Assembly (NCBI GenBank): GCA_030699685.1
Contig: JAUYLJ010000007.1
Location: 1-60,087, forward strand
Reading direction: 5' to 3'
Source of the DNA: a bacterium
GTDB taxonomy: Bacteria > Patescibacteriota > Patescibacteriia > JAHIZJ01
Length of the DNA: 60,087 bases
A program made the position numbers and the translations under genes. Under the pieces are notes generated by a model that was given only the letters and a program-made list of their open reading frames with translations, did not search any database and was not told the origin of the DNA. The number at the start of each line of letters is the position of its first letter. The stretch's first letter is position 1. Below are positions 43,557 through 52,892 of this stretch, piece by piece.

Positions 43557-44863
43557 ACAGCGAGAGTGGCGCCCTTCACCTTCAGTTTCAGGAAATGCGA
43601 GGCGCAGCTCATGCAGGGGTCATAGGCGCGGATAAGTTTTTCCAGCTCGAGCTGAAGCGAGTCTTTGGTCGGATTTTCCGGAAGCATTGTTTCAATCAGC
43701 CGAGCCATGTCCTGCTCGATGTTGATCTGGTTCTGGCCGGTAGGGACGATGATGTCGCCTTCGACGACGTTGCCGGCGGTGTTGATGGTGACTTTGTGAT
43801 AGAGCGTGCCGCGCGGCGCTTCAATCACGCCGATTCCGGTGCCTTCTTTTTTCGTCGGCTCGACCAGCGGCTCTTTGGTAAACTTCGTGTTTTGGAGGAT
43901 ATCGACGGCTTGGTCAAGACAATGCAGAATCTCGACGGCCTGGGCGAGGTTGTTGTGATAGATGTTGGTTGAGGGAAAGAGCTCCAGCGTTTGTTTGAGC
44001 GTTTCCTTGGTTTTAGGATGCAGCGTGTCTTTGGCCAGGTTGATCCGAGCCAAAGCGCCGACCATATACGACTTGCCTTTGTGTTTGTAGCCCGAAGCGT
44101 GGGAATAGGGGATGATCACGTGTTCCAGATGATCGCGGTAGTCTTTTTCCCGGATAAAATCTCCCGCGTCGCTGATAATATGGCCGTTCAGATAGCTAAA
44201 GGGTTTGGCTACCAGAGCCATAAAGGATGTTTGCCGGTCGAAGCTGAAATCAGATTCCTCGAAGAGCTTGACCGTTCGCAGCACGGCCGGGCGCACTGAC
44301 TCCAGTTTATTGATTGCTTCTTCTGTCTCGGCCTCAGTCGGCACTTTCATGAAACCGCCGACCATCGGGTTCATTCCATGGACGCTGCGTCCGGCGATGA
44401 TGATGGAGAGATAATTGCCGGCGGCTTTGATGGCGAAGGCGTCGTGAAGAATCTGGTGCTGTGCTGGATCATTTTCATCAAAATCAAAAAACGCGTCCTT
44501 GCCGAACATGTCGGGCAGGGCGAAGAGATACAGATGAAGGGCGTGATCGCGTATGTTCAGCCCGTACATCGTCAGGTGCTTCATCAGTACAGACTGCTCG
44601 GAGGGGACGATACCTAGCGCGTCTTCGCAAGCTTCGATGCTGCAAGTGAGGTGGGCGTTAGAACAGGTGCCGCAGATACGGGCCAGCAGAGAGGGCAGGG
44701 CTTTGGCTGCTTTGCCGCGCATGGCCTGGGTGTAAAAACGCTTGTACTCCGAAATCCCGAATTGGCAGCGGGTGACTTTCCCTTTTTTTACCTCAACGTC
44801 AAGAGTGGCCGAACCTTCGACTTTGGTAATTTCTCTTTTGAGTGTCAGGTCGACGAGGTGCAT
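43553..44863 (-). CDS. [NiFe] hydrogenase large (catalytic) subunit, group 3-like
   Basis: N-terminal RICGTCSNAH (RxCGxC) and C-terminal DPCMSCASH (DPCxxCxxH), followed by a 13-aa extension. 436 aa. Confidence 0.9.
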   Translation of the reverse strand: MHLVDLTLKREITKVEGSATLDVEVKKGKVTRCQFGISEYKRFYTQAMRGKAAKALPSLLARICGTCSNAHLTCSIEACEDALGIVPSEQSVLMKHLTMYGLNIRDHALHLYLFALPDMFGKDAFFDFDENDPAQHQILHDAFAIKAAGNYLSIIIAGRSVHGMNPMVGGFMKVPTEAETEEAINKLESVRPAVLRTVKLFEESDFSFDRQTSFMALVAKPFSYLNGHIISDAGDFIREKDYRDHLEHVIIPYSHASGYKHKGKSYMVGALARINLAKDTLHPKTKETLKQTLELFPSTNIYHNNLAQAVEILHCLDQAVDILQNTKFTKEPLVEPTKKEGTGIGVIEAPRGTLYHKVTINTAGNVVEGDIIVPTGQNQINIEQDMARLIETMLPENPTKDSLQLELEKLIRAYDPCMSCASHFLKLKVKGATLAV

Positions 44864-45441
44864 CAGGCGACAATGTTAAACTGCTTTAGGGCGCCGTTCA
44901 GCGTCTCAAGAAACTTTGCCTCGTTCATTGGGCAGCCGGGAACGTTGACGTCCACCGTGATCGCTTCAGAAAGCTTGAGAGCTTTCGGAAGATAGTTGAA
45001 CTTTTTCAGCAGGGGCTGAATCTCTTCCTGGCGGGCCGGATCAAATATATTGTGCTGGGCCGACGGCATGCCGATCACGGCGCAGGCGCCAATGGCCACA
45101 ACCACGGTTGCGAGCTCCCGAATCTGTTTGACCGTGTCGACATGTTCCTGCGCGGCCAGCGCTCCTTCAATAAAAGCGACATCCATTTCGTCCAGCGTAT
45201 TTTTCGTCTGGAGCACCCGGGCATGACGAACATCGAGCAAGGGTTTCCACTCCTGCCAATGATCATTAAGCAATTCGGTGAACATTATCGTGCTGTCCTC
45301 GCAGCAGCTGAAAGAAAACCAGCCGATCCGGAGCTTTTTCCCGGTCGGTTTCAGCGTTGGAGCGTGTTCAATTCCCGTTTGTTTCATTACCGTTAGTATA
45401 TCAAATTTTACCCGGCGGGAAAAGAAAAAGCCCAAGTCCAT
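44863..45441 (-). CDS. [NiFe] hydrogenase small subunit (NuoB/delta-like, proximal cluster only)
   Basis: FSCCEDS, IGACAVIG and VPGCPMNE match the CCxxE / GxC / GCP cysteine pattern. TGATG overlaps on both sides. Confidence 0.85.
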   Translation of the reverse strand: MDLGFFFSRRVKFDILTVMKQTGIEHAPTLKPTGKKLRIGWFSFSCCEDSTIMFTELLNDHWQEWKPLLDVRHARVLQTKNTLDEMDVAFIEGALAAQEHVDTVKQIRELATVVVAIGACAVIGMPSAQHNIFDPARQEEIQPLLKKFNYLPKALKLSEAITVDVNVPGCPMNEAKFLETLNGALKQFNIVA

Positions 45442-45722
45442 CAGTCGCTTGGGCGGAGCCAGGACCAGCTGTCCGGGAGCGGGTGATCTGGCAGCGGAAC
45501 TTGGTCGAGCAGCCAGTTGATTCCCTGGTCGCTGGCCAAAGCGGGCAGCTTGGCCTGAGACAGGATGGAGGAAACGAAGAGTCGATCGTCTTTCTTTCGA
45601 AGCAATTGATCGACGAAGTGGCGGATGTCCGGATACCGCTCGGGCCGTTGGGCGTGCTGGATCCGGAGAGCTTCGTTCAGACTAACTGCCTGCGCGGTAA
45701 AACCGAATGTGCTGCAAATCAT
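45441..45722 (-). CDS. Unknown 93-aa protein translationally coupled to the hydrogenase small subunit
   Basis: Its stop overlaps the hydS ATG (TGATG at 45439-45443). GAAGGG lies upstream of its ATG. Confidence 0.55.
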   Translation of the reverse strand: MICSTFGFTAQAVSLNEALRIQHAQRPERYPDIRHFVDQLLRKKDDRLFVSSILSQAKLPALASDQGINWLLDQVPLPDHPLPDSWSWLRPSD

Positions 45723-45742
45723 TTACAGAATCCCTTCTTGGT

Positions 45743-46120
45743 TCAGAGCGGCGTACCGACGAGATTGGCGAGCAGTGGAAAAACGGTCAGATCAATGCAA
45801 TCAAGCTCGCCAAAGCCTTTCAGGAACAGGCGGTTCGGGTCGGAGTTCAGTATCAGGCATTGAAGCCGCATCTCGCCGGGATTCAATCCTTGTCCCAGTT
45901 CGTGCGTCTCAACCAGCTGAAAGTGGAGCCGATGCTCCCTATCCCTTTCCAGCTCACTTATCATCATGGACGCTTCAAGCGCGATTGATTGCAGAGCGCG
46001 CTCTGTAGGAATCGTTCTCAATCCTGACAAAGCGAACCGGACTACTCCTTCTTGTACGAAGTATCGTACACTGATGTTGTAGCGCCGCAGACAAAAAGTC
46101 TCAAACTCAGCAGTAGCCAT
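45743..46120 (-). CDS. Unknown 125-aa protein, first gene of the hydrogenase operon
   Basis: A promoter lies upstream and GGGAAAGGG precedes the ATG. No family recognised. Confidence 0.55.
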   Translation of the reverse strand: MATAEFETFCLRRYNISVRYFVQEGVVRFALSGLRTIPTERALQSIALEASMMISELERDREHRLHFQLVETHELGQGLNPGEMRLQCLILNSDPNRLFLKGFGELDCIDLTVFPLLANLVGTPL

Positions 46121-46183
46121 CCCTTTCCCCCCGGGTATTTCCCCCTATCGACGTGAATGAGCCACGACAAAAAACGTGACGCC

Positions 46184-46212
46184 AGTATACTGTCAAAAGC
46201 GTGTGTTGTCAA
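46184..46212 (-). promoter_or_regulatory. Promoter TTGACA-17-TATACT (minus strand) for the hydrogenase operon
   Basis: Plus strand has tgtcaa at 46207-12 and agtata at 46184-89. Confidence 0.65.
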
Positions 46213-46231
46213 TATTGTATGAATCTCGGCA

Positions 46232-47335
46232 TCAAGCCCGGTCCATCCGGAAGGTCTTCCAGGCCAGGACAAAAGACACCACGATCCAGCCGCCGAGTAA
46301 CGCGAATTGATACGGAAAATCCGTCAGCGGAGAACCGTTGATCGAGATGCCGCGCAACACTTTCAAGAGCGATGTCAGGGGCAGGAAATCAACAATTCGC
46401 TCCATCCAGCCTGGGAGCATGTCGGGGGAGAAAAACACTCCGGACAAAAACATCATCGGCGTGGTGAAAGCGTTGGACATGGCTTCAGCCGTGTTGACTG
46501 TTTTGGACATGCCGGCGATGAAGAAACCGATATTGAGAAAAACGATGGTGCCGACCAGCGTTACCAGGATGAGATAAAAGTAGCTGCCGTAGACCTGGAT
46601 ACCGAAGAATATTCTGCCCACTCCCAGAATCAGCGCGATTTGCATAAATGACAGGAAGAGATAGGAGCCCACCTCAGCCATCAGGAAACTTTGGACTTTC
46701 ACCGGAGTGGCCATCAAGCGCTTGAGGATCTTGCGTTCACGATAGCGGGTGATTCCGACCGCGATGCCGATGATGGCTGAAAACATTATCGCCATGCCCA
46801 GGACGCCAGGCATCAGAAAATCCAGGTATTTTACTTCCTGTCCCTGCACGCCCTCCGTCTCGATCGTGAAGAGTCTGGGCGCGGAAGCAATTTGAAGGTT
46901 GAGCTCGTTCAAGAACTGATTGAGCACGCTGACAATGATCGCGCTTTGTTGATTTGTTTCGTCCAGGGTAACTGAGAACACGCTTGGTTCCGGCGCGGCG
47001 CCTTCAACGCCCTCAAACTGTCCGTAGCTCGCGGGAATGGTGATGATTCCGTCCAGATCCCCGTCCTTGAGAGTTTCCAGCGCTTCTTCGCGTGAAGCTA
47101 TCTCCGTCTCGGTGAAAATTTCCAAATCCAGCATTTGAAACTTGAGCTGCTCTGACTGCTCCGATTGCGCCTCATCAATGATGGCGATGGAAAAATTTGT
47201 CGGGGCGTCGAAATTAAACAAACCAAAAATAACCAGGAAGAGAAGGGGAAAGGCGAGCGACCAGAACAAGGCCTGTTTGTCGCGAAACAGCATTTTGATG
47301 TTGGCCCGCCAAAGTTTGAAGGTGACGTTATTCAC
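46232..47335 (-). CDS. ABC-2 type transporter permease
   Basis: 367 aa, with 1 N-terminal TM, a large loop, and 5 TM helices. It overlaps the ATPase gene by 8 nt. Confidence 0.85.
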   Translation of the reverse strand: MNNVTFKLWRANIKMLFRDKQALFWSLAFPLLFLVIFGLFNFDAPTNFSIAIIDEAQSEQSEQLKFQMLDLEIFTETEIASREEALETLKDGDLDGIITIPASYGQFEGVEGAAPEPSVFSVTLDETNQQSAIIVSVLNQFLNELNLQIASAPRLFTIETEGVQGQEVKYLDFLMPGVLGMAIMFSAIIGIAVGITRYRERKILKRLMATPVKVQSFLMAEVGSYLFLSFMQIALILGVGRIFFGIQVYGSYFYLILVTLVGTIVFLNIGFFIAGMSKTVNTAEAMSNAFTTPMMFLSGVFFSPDMLPGWMERIVDFLPLTSLLKVLRGISINGSPLTDFPYQFALLGGWIVVSFVLAWKTFRMDRA

Positions 47336-48260
47336 GCAGCGTGCTTCCCGTTAAATGTAAAAACACGTCTTCAAGATTGGCGCGGACGATTTCTACGCTC
47401 CGAATCCGATTATTGTTCTGTTCCGCCCACTGAATCAAAGGAGGCAGTGAAACCGAAGCGTGCGAAATTTTTAAACGATATACGCCCTCGCCGTTTTTAT
47501 TGCTCTCCAGCACTCCTTCAATGCCATTAAACGTTTCAGCGCTGACGTCCTTTTCCAGACGGAATGACAGGTTGGCGGTGGCTTCAAGATCGCTGATCAG
47601 CTTCTCCGGAGTATCGAGGGCGATGACCTTGCCGTGGTCGATGATGCCGATCCGGTCACAAAGCACTTCAGCTTCTTCCATATAGTGGGTTGTCAGCACG
47701 ACGGTTTTGCCTTGAGAATTGATTTTGCTGATAAATTGCCACATATGGCGCCGAGCCTGGGGATCAAGTCCGGTAGTCGGTTCGTCCAAGAAGACGATTT
47801 CAGGGTTATTAACCAGGCTGACCGCGATGGAAAAGCGCTGCTGCTGCCCGCCGGACAGTTCTTTCACCAAGGATTTTTTCTTCTCGGTTAAATCGACAAT
47901 TGTCAGCAGTTCATCAGGATCGGCTTGCTCAGGATAAAAATTGCCGAAAAGAGTGAGAACTTCACCCAGATTGAGATAATCATAAAACGAAGAAGACTGG
48001 AGCTGCACGCCGATTCGCTGTTTCACTTTCTGCACCTCTTTCAGTGAGTCAAAACCCAGAACCGCGGTACGGCCTTTGCTTGGTTTCTGGAGACCTTCTA
48101 TGATTTCAAGTGTGGTGGTTTTTCCAGCGCCATTCGGTCCCAGCAACCCGAATATTTCTCCTTTTTCTATGGCAAAAGAAATATCATCCACAGCGGTCAA
48201 GGTTTCGCCGTCGGGCAGAGGGAATTGCTTGGTGAGATTATGGACTTCTATGACAGACAT
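47328..48260 (-). CDS. ABC transporter ATP-binding protein
   Basis: Walker A GPNGAGKTT, signature LSGGQQQR, Walker B VFLDEPT. Start trimmed to MSVIEVHNL. Confidence 0.92.
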   Translation of the reverse strand: MSVIEVHNLTKQFPLPDGETLTAVDDISFAIEKGEIFGLLGPNGAGKTTTLEIIEGLQKPSKGRTAVLGFDSLKEVQKVKQRIGVQLQSSSFYDYLNLGEVLTLFGNFYPEQADPDELLTIVDLTEKKKSLVKELSGGQQQRFSIAVSLVNNPEIVFLDEPTTGLDPQARRHMWQFISKINSQGKTVVLTTHYMEEAEVLCDRIGIIDHGKVIALDTPEKLISDLEATANLSFRLEKDVSAETFNGIEGVLESNKNGEGVYRLKISHASVSLPPLIQWAEQNNNRIRSVEIVRANLEDVFLHLTGSTLRE

Positions 48261-48389
48261 TGATGGTGAGTATAGCACTGGATTTGTAGCTTGAAAAGCA
48301 TTACCGTGCGCGCGAGGCTGTACATTGTTTTTTTGCAAAATATATGCTATACTCATATCACGTTGGAGGAAAAATTAATAAAAGAATAC

Positions 48390-51353
48390 ATGAGTTTTAG
48401 ATCGAAACGCAGCGCGATTATCCTGTCTATCGCGGTTTTTGCAGTATTTGGGTCATTGCTTCCGGCCGCTATTCAGGCCGCGTATGGCGATACCAGCACC
48501 TTCATGGGACGAAGCTATACCGGCGATGGAGGAGACGAGCTCGATGGGTATCTCGACATGCCGATGGGCTTCACGGTCTCATCGGATGGCACGTTTTATA
48601 TTGCCGATTCGGTCAATACAGTCGTGCGAAAAATAAGCCCCTCCGGCACACTTTCCACATATGCCGGGACGGGTGAATACGGCTTGATCAACGGCTCGCG
48701 CCAGCTTACCCAGTGGGGAGAGCCGGAAGCAATTGCGCGTGACGCTTCGGATGGAGCGCTCTACATCGCCGATACGGCAAATAATGTCATCCGCAAGATC
48801 TTTAATAATGAAGTGACCACCCTAACTATTTCCGGTGATACCGCTTTGCTCACACCGAAGGGTATTCACGTAAGCGGTGATACTCTCTATATCGCTGACA
48901 CGGGCAACAATCGTATTGTGAGTGTCTCTAAAACCGGCGGAAGCATGATGGTGCTGGCAACCGGACTCTCGACACCGTTGAAGCTGGTAAAAGAAGGCGA
49001 CTTCCTTTATGTGGCCGACTTCACTTCGGGCAACATCGTCAAGGTCAATGTTCCCGCCAAATCAAAAACTGTTTTGGCCGATGATTTCACCGAGCCACGG
49101 GCGGTGGCCATATACAATGACAATCTGTATGTTGCCGCCGGCGAAAATGGCGTGTGGAACGAGATTTGGCGCGTAGCCCTTTCAAGCGGCGCTAAAACAG
49201 AACTGGCTATTCGTCGGGAAACGACCCTGCTTAACAATGCTTCTGATATGCTGATCAAGGAAGAAAGTGGCGCGCCCTATATCTATCAGCTGCATGGCGG
49301 TGGTTCGACAATCTGGAAATTTGATATCAATGGTCAGAATGAAGAGCAAGTCGCCGGTAAGAACCGCTTTGGTGACGAAATGGGAGCACGGGCCAGCGCC
49401 CTGTTGGGACGGCCTCAAGCGCTCGTTGCTTCGCCCAATGGCAAGAAAATATACATCGCTTACGCTCAAGGCAATAAAATCGCCGAATATTCGACTTCGA
49501 CTGGCTTGGTGCGCGTAGTGGCTGGCTTCCTTCGCGACAGCTACACGGAAGGGACAGGCGAAGAAGCTCGGTTCAGCGATGTGGTCAGTATGGTTATCTC
49601 GCTAGACGGTAAAACACTCTACTTGGCTGACAGAAATAATAACCGAATCCGCACGCTGAATGTTGAAACCGGCGCCTCCGACTACCTGACAGGCGCTGGT
49701 AACATCAACTCCACTGGAAATACCGATAACGGCTATCAAGAAGGTGGCCCCTGTGCCGATGAATTGGACACTGGAGTATCTGGCTGTGCGTATTTCAATA
49801 GACCGACAGGCATCGCGTTAACCGGTGACGGGAAAACGCTCTATATCGCTGACGGCAGCAACAATAGAATTCGCAAAGTGACGGTGGCTACGGGCCAAAC
49901 CTCTTTGGTCGCTGGTTCGGGTGTAGCGGGGCTTGCGAACGGTACTGGCGCGGCGGCAAAGTTTAACGGACCCTACACGGTCGCGTTGTCGGCTGATAAT
50001 TCGAAGCTGTATGTCGCGGATAAATACAATCACGCCATTCGGGAAATAAATCTCTCAAACAATTCTGTCAGCACGTTGGTCGGAACAGGATCCATTGGAT
50101 ATCGGGAGGGCGACTTTGCTACCGCGGTACTGGCCATCCCAGAGTACATTCAGCGGGGGCCTGACGGAAATCTCTATTTGAGCGAGGCGGGCAGTCTGCG
50201 TGTACGCAAACTTGATTTGAACAGCCGAACAAGCTCTCTGGCCTCCGGCAACGGAAGCCGCGGACAGCATAATGGCAGCAGCGCTGCCGCCGAATGGAAC
50301 GCACCCAAAGGCATGGCCTTTCTCGGTCAATCGCTGTTGGTAGCTGATTTCCGCAATGATCTTATCCGTTCCATCGATCTTGGTAATACCATCCCTGGTC
50401 CGCTAGACACAATTCGCGAAGCTAAACAGCAGTTCATGGCGTATAGCCCCTCGCTTCGAGGAGGCTACTTCGTCACCGCCGGCGATGTTACCGGCGGCCC
50501 GAAAGAGGAGATAATTATGGGCACCGGCCCGGGCTTCGGACCGCATGTTCAGGTCTTCAATACCTCAGGCACGGCCTATACCTCGTTCTTTGCCTACGCT
50601 GAGCATCTTCGCTCCGGTGTGCGCGTCGCTACCGGTGACGTCGATGGAGATGGGCGTGAAGAGATCATCACTGCCGCCGGACCGGGTGGCCGGCCGCACA
50701 TCAGGATATTTAACGGAGACGGCACGCTGAAAAGTTCAGGCTTCTTCGCCTTGGACGGTGAGTTTAAAGGCGGGGTCTTCATTGCTTCAGGCGACGTCAA
50801 TGGTGACGGAAAAGCCGAAATTATAGTCACTGCCGGCAAGGGAGGCGGTCCGCAGGTGACCGTTCATCGCGCGGATGGCTCAATGATCGCCAATTTCTTC
50901 GCCTATGACGCCACCTTTCGTGGCGGTATCGCGGTTGCCGTTCTCGACACCAACAACGACGGCAAGGATGAAATATTGACCGGACCGGAATCAGGCGCTC
51001 CGCATATCCAGACCTTCTCAGTGGAAAAAAACTCCGTTCGCCGCCTCAACCCCGGCTTCTACGCTTTCAGTCCCGATTATAGAGGAGGAGTTAGTCTGGT
51101 TGGAGGCGATTATGACGGAGACGGCCGGGATGAAATAATCGTCGGCGTTGGAGAAAATGCTGAGCCTCATGTCAAAGTCTACAACAAAACCGGTTCAATC
51201 CTGATTGATGAATTTCGCCCCTACGCGCGTGCGGTGACAGGAGGGGTGAATGTTTCAGCCGGTGATGTCGATGCTGACGGTATCGATGAGGTGCTCGTGG
51301 TTCCGCGATCGGGCGGTGGCCCGCAGGTTCGCGTAATCGAGCCTGAAAACTAG
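48390..51353 (+). CDS. Large secreted NHL-repeat / FG-GAP (VCBS)-repeat protein
   Basis: Signal peptide MSFRSKRSAIILSIAVFAVFGSLLPAAIQA. There are repeated LYIADxxNNxIRK units (NHL) followed by repeated GDVDGDGxxEII..GPGGGPxV units (FG-GAP). Confidence 0.85.
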   Translation: MSFRSKRSAIILSIAVFAVFGSLLPAAIQAAYGDTSTFMGRSYTGDGGDELDGYLDMPMGFTVSSDGTFYIADSVNTVVRKISPSGTLSTYAGTGEYGLINGSRQLTQWGEPEAIARDASDGALYIADTANNVIRKIFNNEVTTLTISGDTALLTPKGIHVSGDTLYIADTGNNRIVSVSKTGGSMMVLATGLSTPLKLVKEGDFLYVADFTSGNIVKVNVPAKSKTVLADDFTEPRAVAIYNDNLYVAAGENGVWNEIWRVALSSGAKTELAIRRETTLLNNASDMLIKEESGAPYIYQLHGGGSTIWKFDINGQNEEQVAGKNRFGDEMGARASALLGRPQALVASPNGKKIYIAYAQGNKIAEYSTSTGLVRVVAGFLRDSYTEGTGEEARFSDVVSMVISLDGKTLYLADRNNNRIRTLNVETGASDYLTGAGNINSTGNTDNGYQEGGPCADELDTGVSGCAYFNRPTGIALTGDGKTLYIADGSNNRIRKVTVATGQTSLVAGSGVAGLANGTGAAAKFNGPYTVALSADNSKLYVADKYNHAIREINLSNNSVSTLVGTGSIGYREGDFATAVLAIPEYIQRGPDGNLYLSEAGSLRVRKLDLNSRTSSLASGNGSRGQHNGSSAAAEWNAPKGMAFLGQSLLVADFRNDLIRSIDLGNTIPGPLDTIREAKQQFMAYSPSLRGGYFVTAGDVTGGPKEEIIMGTGPGFGPHVQVFNTSGTAYTSFFAYAEHLRSGVRVATGDVDGDGREEIITAAGPGGRPHIRIFNGDGTLKSSGFFALDGEFKGGVFIASGDVNGDGKAEIIVTAGKGGGPQVTVHRADGSMIANFFAYDATFRGGIAVAVLDTNNDGKDEILTGPESGAPHIQTFSVEKNSVRRLNPGFYAFSPDYRGGVSLVGGDYDGDGRDEIIVGVGENAEPHVKVYNKTGSILIDEFRPYARAVTGGVNVSAGDVDADGIDEVLVVPRSGGGPQVRVIEPEN

Positions 51354-51378
51354 GTTTTCAAAGAAAAAAACTGACCGG

Positions 51379-51410
51379 CGCCCCCCATTCGTATGACGGG
51401 GGGCGTCTTT
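51379..51410 (+). terminator. Rho-independent terminator
   Basis: CGCCCCCC-N11-GGGGGGCG followed by TCTTT. Confidence 0.65.
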
Positions 51411-51419
51411 GGGCACTTT

Positions 51420-51446
51420 CCCCTATGCCTTCTGAAGGCATAGGGG
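51420..51446. other. Perfect 10-bp stem hairpin CCCCTATGCC-ttctgaa-GGCATAGGGG
   Basis: Seen directly. A second hairpin right after the terminator. Function unknown. Confidence 0.6.
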
Positions 51447-51449
51447 TTG

Positions 51450-51478
51450 TTGACAGAAAATATTGACTATTGTATTCT
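51450..51478 (+). promoter_or_regulatory. Candidate promoter TTGACA-17-TATTCT for infA and the ribosomal genes
   Basis: TTGACA at 51450-55 and TATTCT at 51473-78. Confidence 0.45.
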
Positions 51479-51587
51479 TTTTCTTGGATATCACATATAT
51501 CCCAGATGTCAGGAATTTGTCTAGAATCAGGCGTTTTTATGAAGATTCTTTTCAAGATGTCTTGACAAAGAATTTTTATTTTAAGAA

Positions 51588-51881
51588 ATGCAGCAAAAGC
51601 AAAGAAGAAGGAAAAGAAACGTAGGTAATAAAGGCGGTCAAGCAAGAGAAGAGCGTAAGCCGCCAAAAGTAAAAGAAGGGTTTGTTCAAGCCAGCGGAGT
51701 TGTAGATGAATTGTTGCCGAACGCTACTTTTCGAGTGATCCTGGATACTGGACATGAAGTGTTGGCCCATCTTTCCGGAAAAATGCGGATGTTTCGCATC
51801 AAAATACTGCCTGGAGACAAGGTAACCCTGGAAATGACGCCGTATGACCTTAGTAAAGGCAGAATTACTTTTCGACATTAG
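51588..51881 (+). CDS. infA: Translation initiation factor IF-1 with a ~25-aa basic N-terminal extension
   Basis: The S1-like core is [62 protein letters not shown]. The only in-frame start is the ATG at 51588. Confidence 0.9.
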   Translation: MQQKQRRRKRNVGNKGGQAREERKPPKVKEGFVQASGVVDELLPNATFRVILDTGHEVLAHLSGKMRMFRIKILPGDKVTLEMTPYDLSKGRITFRH

Positions 51882-51889
51882 AAACAACG

Positions 51890-52003
51890 ATGAAAGTCAG
51901 AGCCTCTGTCAAAAAAATGTGCAAAGAATGCAAAGTTGTTCGCCGGAAAAAACGGCTGGTCGTACTCTGCAAGACCCCGAAGCATAAACAACGTCAAGGA
52001 TAA
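51890..52003 (+). CDS. rpmJ: 50S ribosomal protein L36
   Basis: Not in the track (37 aa). Translation is [37 protein letters not shown]. Confidence 0.93.
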   Translation: MKVRASVKKMCKECKVVRRKKRLVVLCKTPKHKQRQG

Positions 52004-52006
52004 CTT

Positions 52007-52402
52007 ATGGCCGTTGCGAGAATAGTGGGAGTAGTCATCCCGCCAGAAAAAAGAGTTGAAATCGCCCTGACATACGTCTATGGGGTAGGCCGGGTTATGG
52101 CCAAGAAACTCTTAGCCGAAACGGGAATCGACTCGAGCATTCGTTCAAAAGACTTGAGCGAAGAGCAGATTAAGATGCTCAATACATGGTTAGAAAAAAA
52201 TATTCGAACCGAGGGCGATCTTCGCCGAGAGCGGCTGCAAAGCATCAAACGGTTGAAAGAAATCGGCAGTTATCGCGGCTCGAGGCACAGCCGTGGGTTG
52301 CCGGCACGAGGACAACGGACAAAGACCAATAATCGTACTGTTCGCGGCAATATTCGCAGAACCATGGGTTCAGGAAGAAGAGCGTCGGCAGAAAAGACAT
52401 AA
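52007..52402 (+). CDS. rpsM: 30S ribosomal protein S13
   Basis: ARIVGVVIP..KRVEIALTYVYGVG...GSYRGSRH..GLPARGQRTKTN. Confidence 0.95.
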   Translation: MAVARIVGVVIPPEKRVEIALTYVYGVGRVMAKKLLAETGIDSSIRSKDLSEEQIKMLNTWLEKNIRTEGDLRRERLQSIKRLKEIGSYRGSRHSRGLPARGQRTKTNNRTVRGNIRRTMGSGRRASAEKT

Positions 52403-52413
52403 TCACATTTCCA

Positions 52414-52881
52414 ATGGCCGAAGAGAAGACAACAACTCCCGCCGCTTCTGAAGCAGCGGCTCCAGCAGACAAGAAAAACACTGACAAGAAGCGCCAGTCT
52501 GCTTCCTATCGGAAGAAAAAGAAGATCAAAAAATTCGTAACGAAAGCAATAGTACACATTCACTCAACGTATAACAATACTATCGTTACCTTTGCTGAAC
52601 CCGAAGGCCAGGTGTTGGGATGGGCCTCGGCTGGACAATGCGGATTCGCGGGCCCCAAGAAATCAACGCCGTTCGCCGCCGGAGTAATTGTCAGAAACGT
52701 TATTGAAAAAGTCCGCGACTACGGGGTAAAAGAAGTCGACGTCAGGGTAAAAGGCGTTGGCTCAGGCCGGGAAGCGGCGATTCGCGCTCTCAACGCCCAA
52801 GGCCTCAATATCAATTCAATCAAAGACGTCACGCCGATCCCGCACAACGGGCCTCGGCCCCGCAAAGCACGGCGGGTGTAA
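52414..52881 (+). CDS. rpsK: 30S ribosomal protein S11 with an N-terminal Ala/Lys-rich extension
   Basis: Core AIVHIHSTYNNTIVTFAEPEG...GFAGPKKSTPFAA...TPIPHNGPRPRKARR. Confidence 0.95.
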   Translation: MAEEKTTTPAASEAAAPADKKNTDKKRQSASYRKKKKIKKFVTKAIVHIHSTYNNTIVTFAEPEGQVLGWASAGQCGFAGPKKSTPFAAGVIVRNVIEKVRDYGVKEVDVRVKGVGSGREAAIRALNAQGLNINSIKDVTPIPHNGPRPRKARRV

Positions 52882-52892
52882 CGAACTATCAT

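Noticed and set aside
45441-46120. The 125-aa and 93-aa ORFs as one frameshifted gene, for example a degraded hydrogenase beta/gamma subunit
   Set aside because: A 20-nt spacer with a GAAGGG Shine-Dalgarno precedes the second ATG. Neither part shows FeS or flavin motifs. They are treated as two genes, and this remains unproven.
51562-51590. TTGACA 20 nt upstream of the infA ATG, suggesting a leaderless infA mRNA
   Set aside because: No acceptable -10 hexamer lies at 16-18-nt spacing. The TTGACA-17-TATTCT promoter at 51450-78 is the better candidate.
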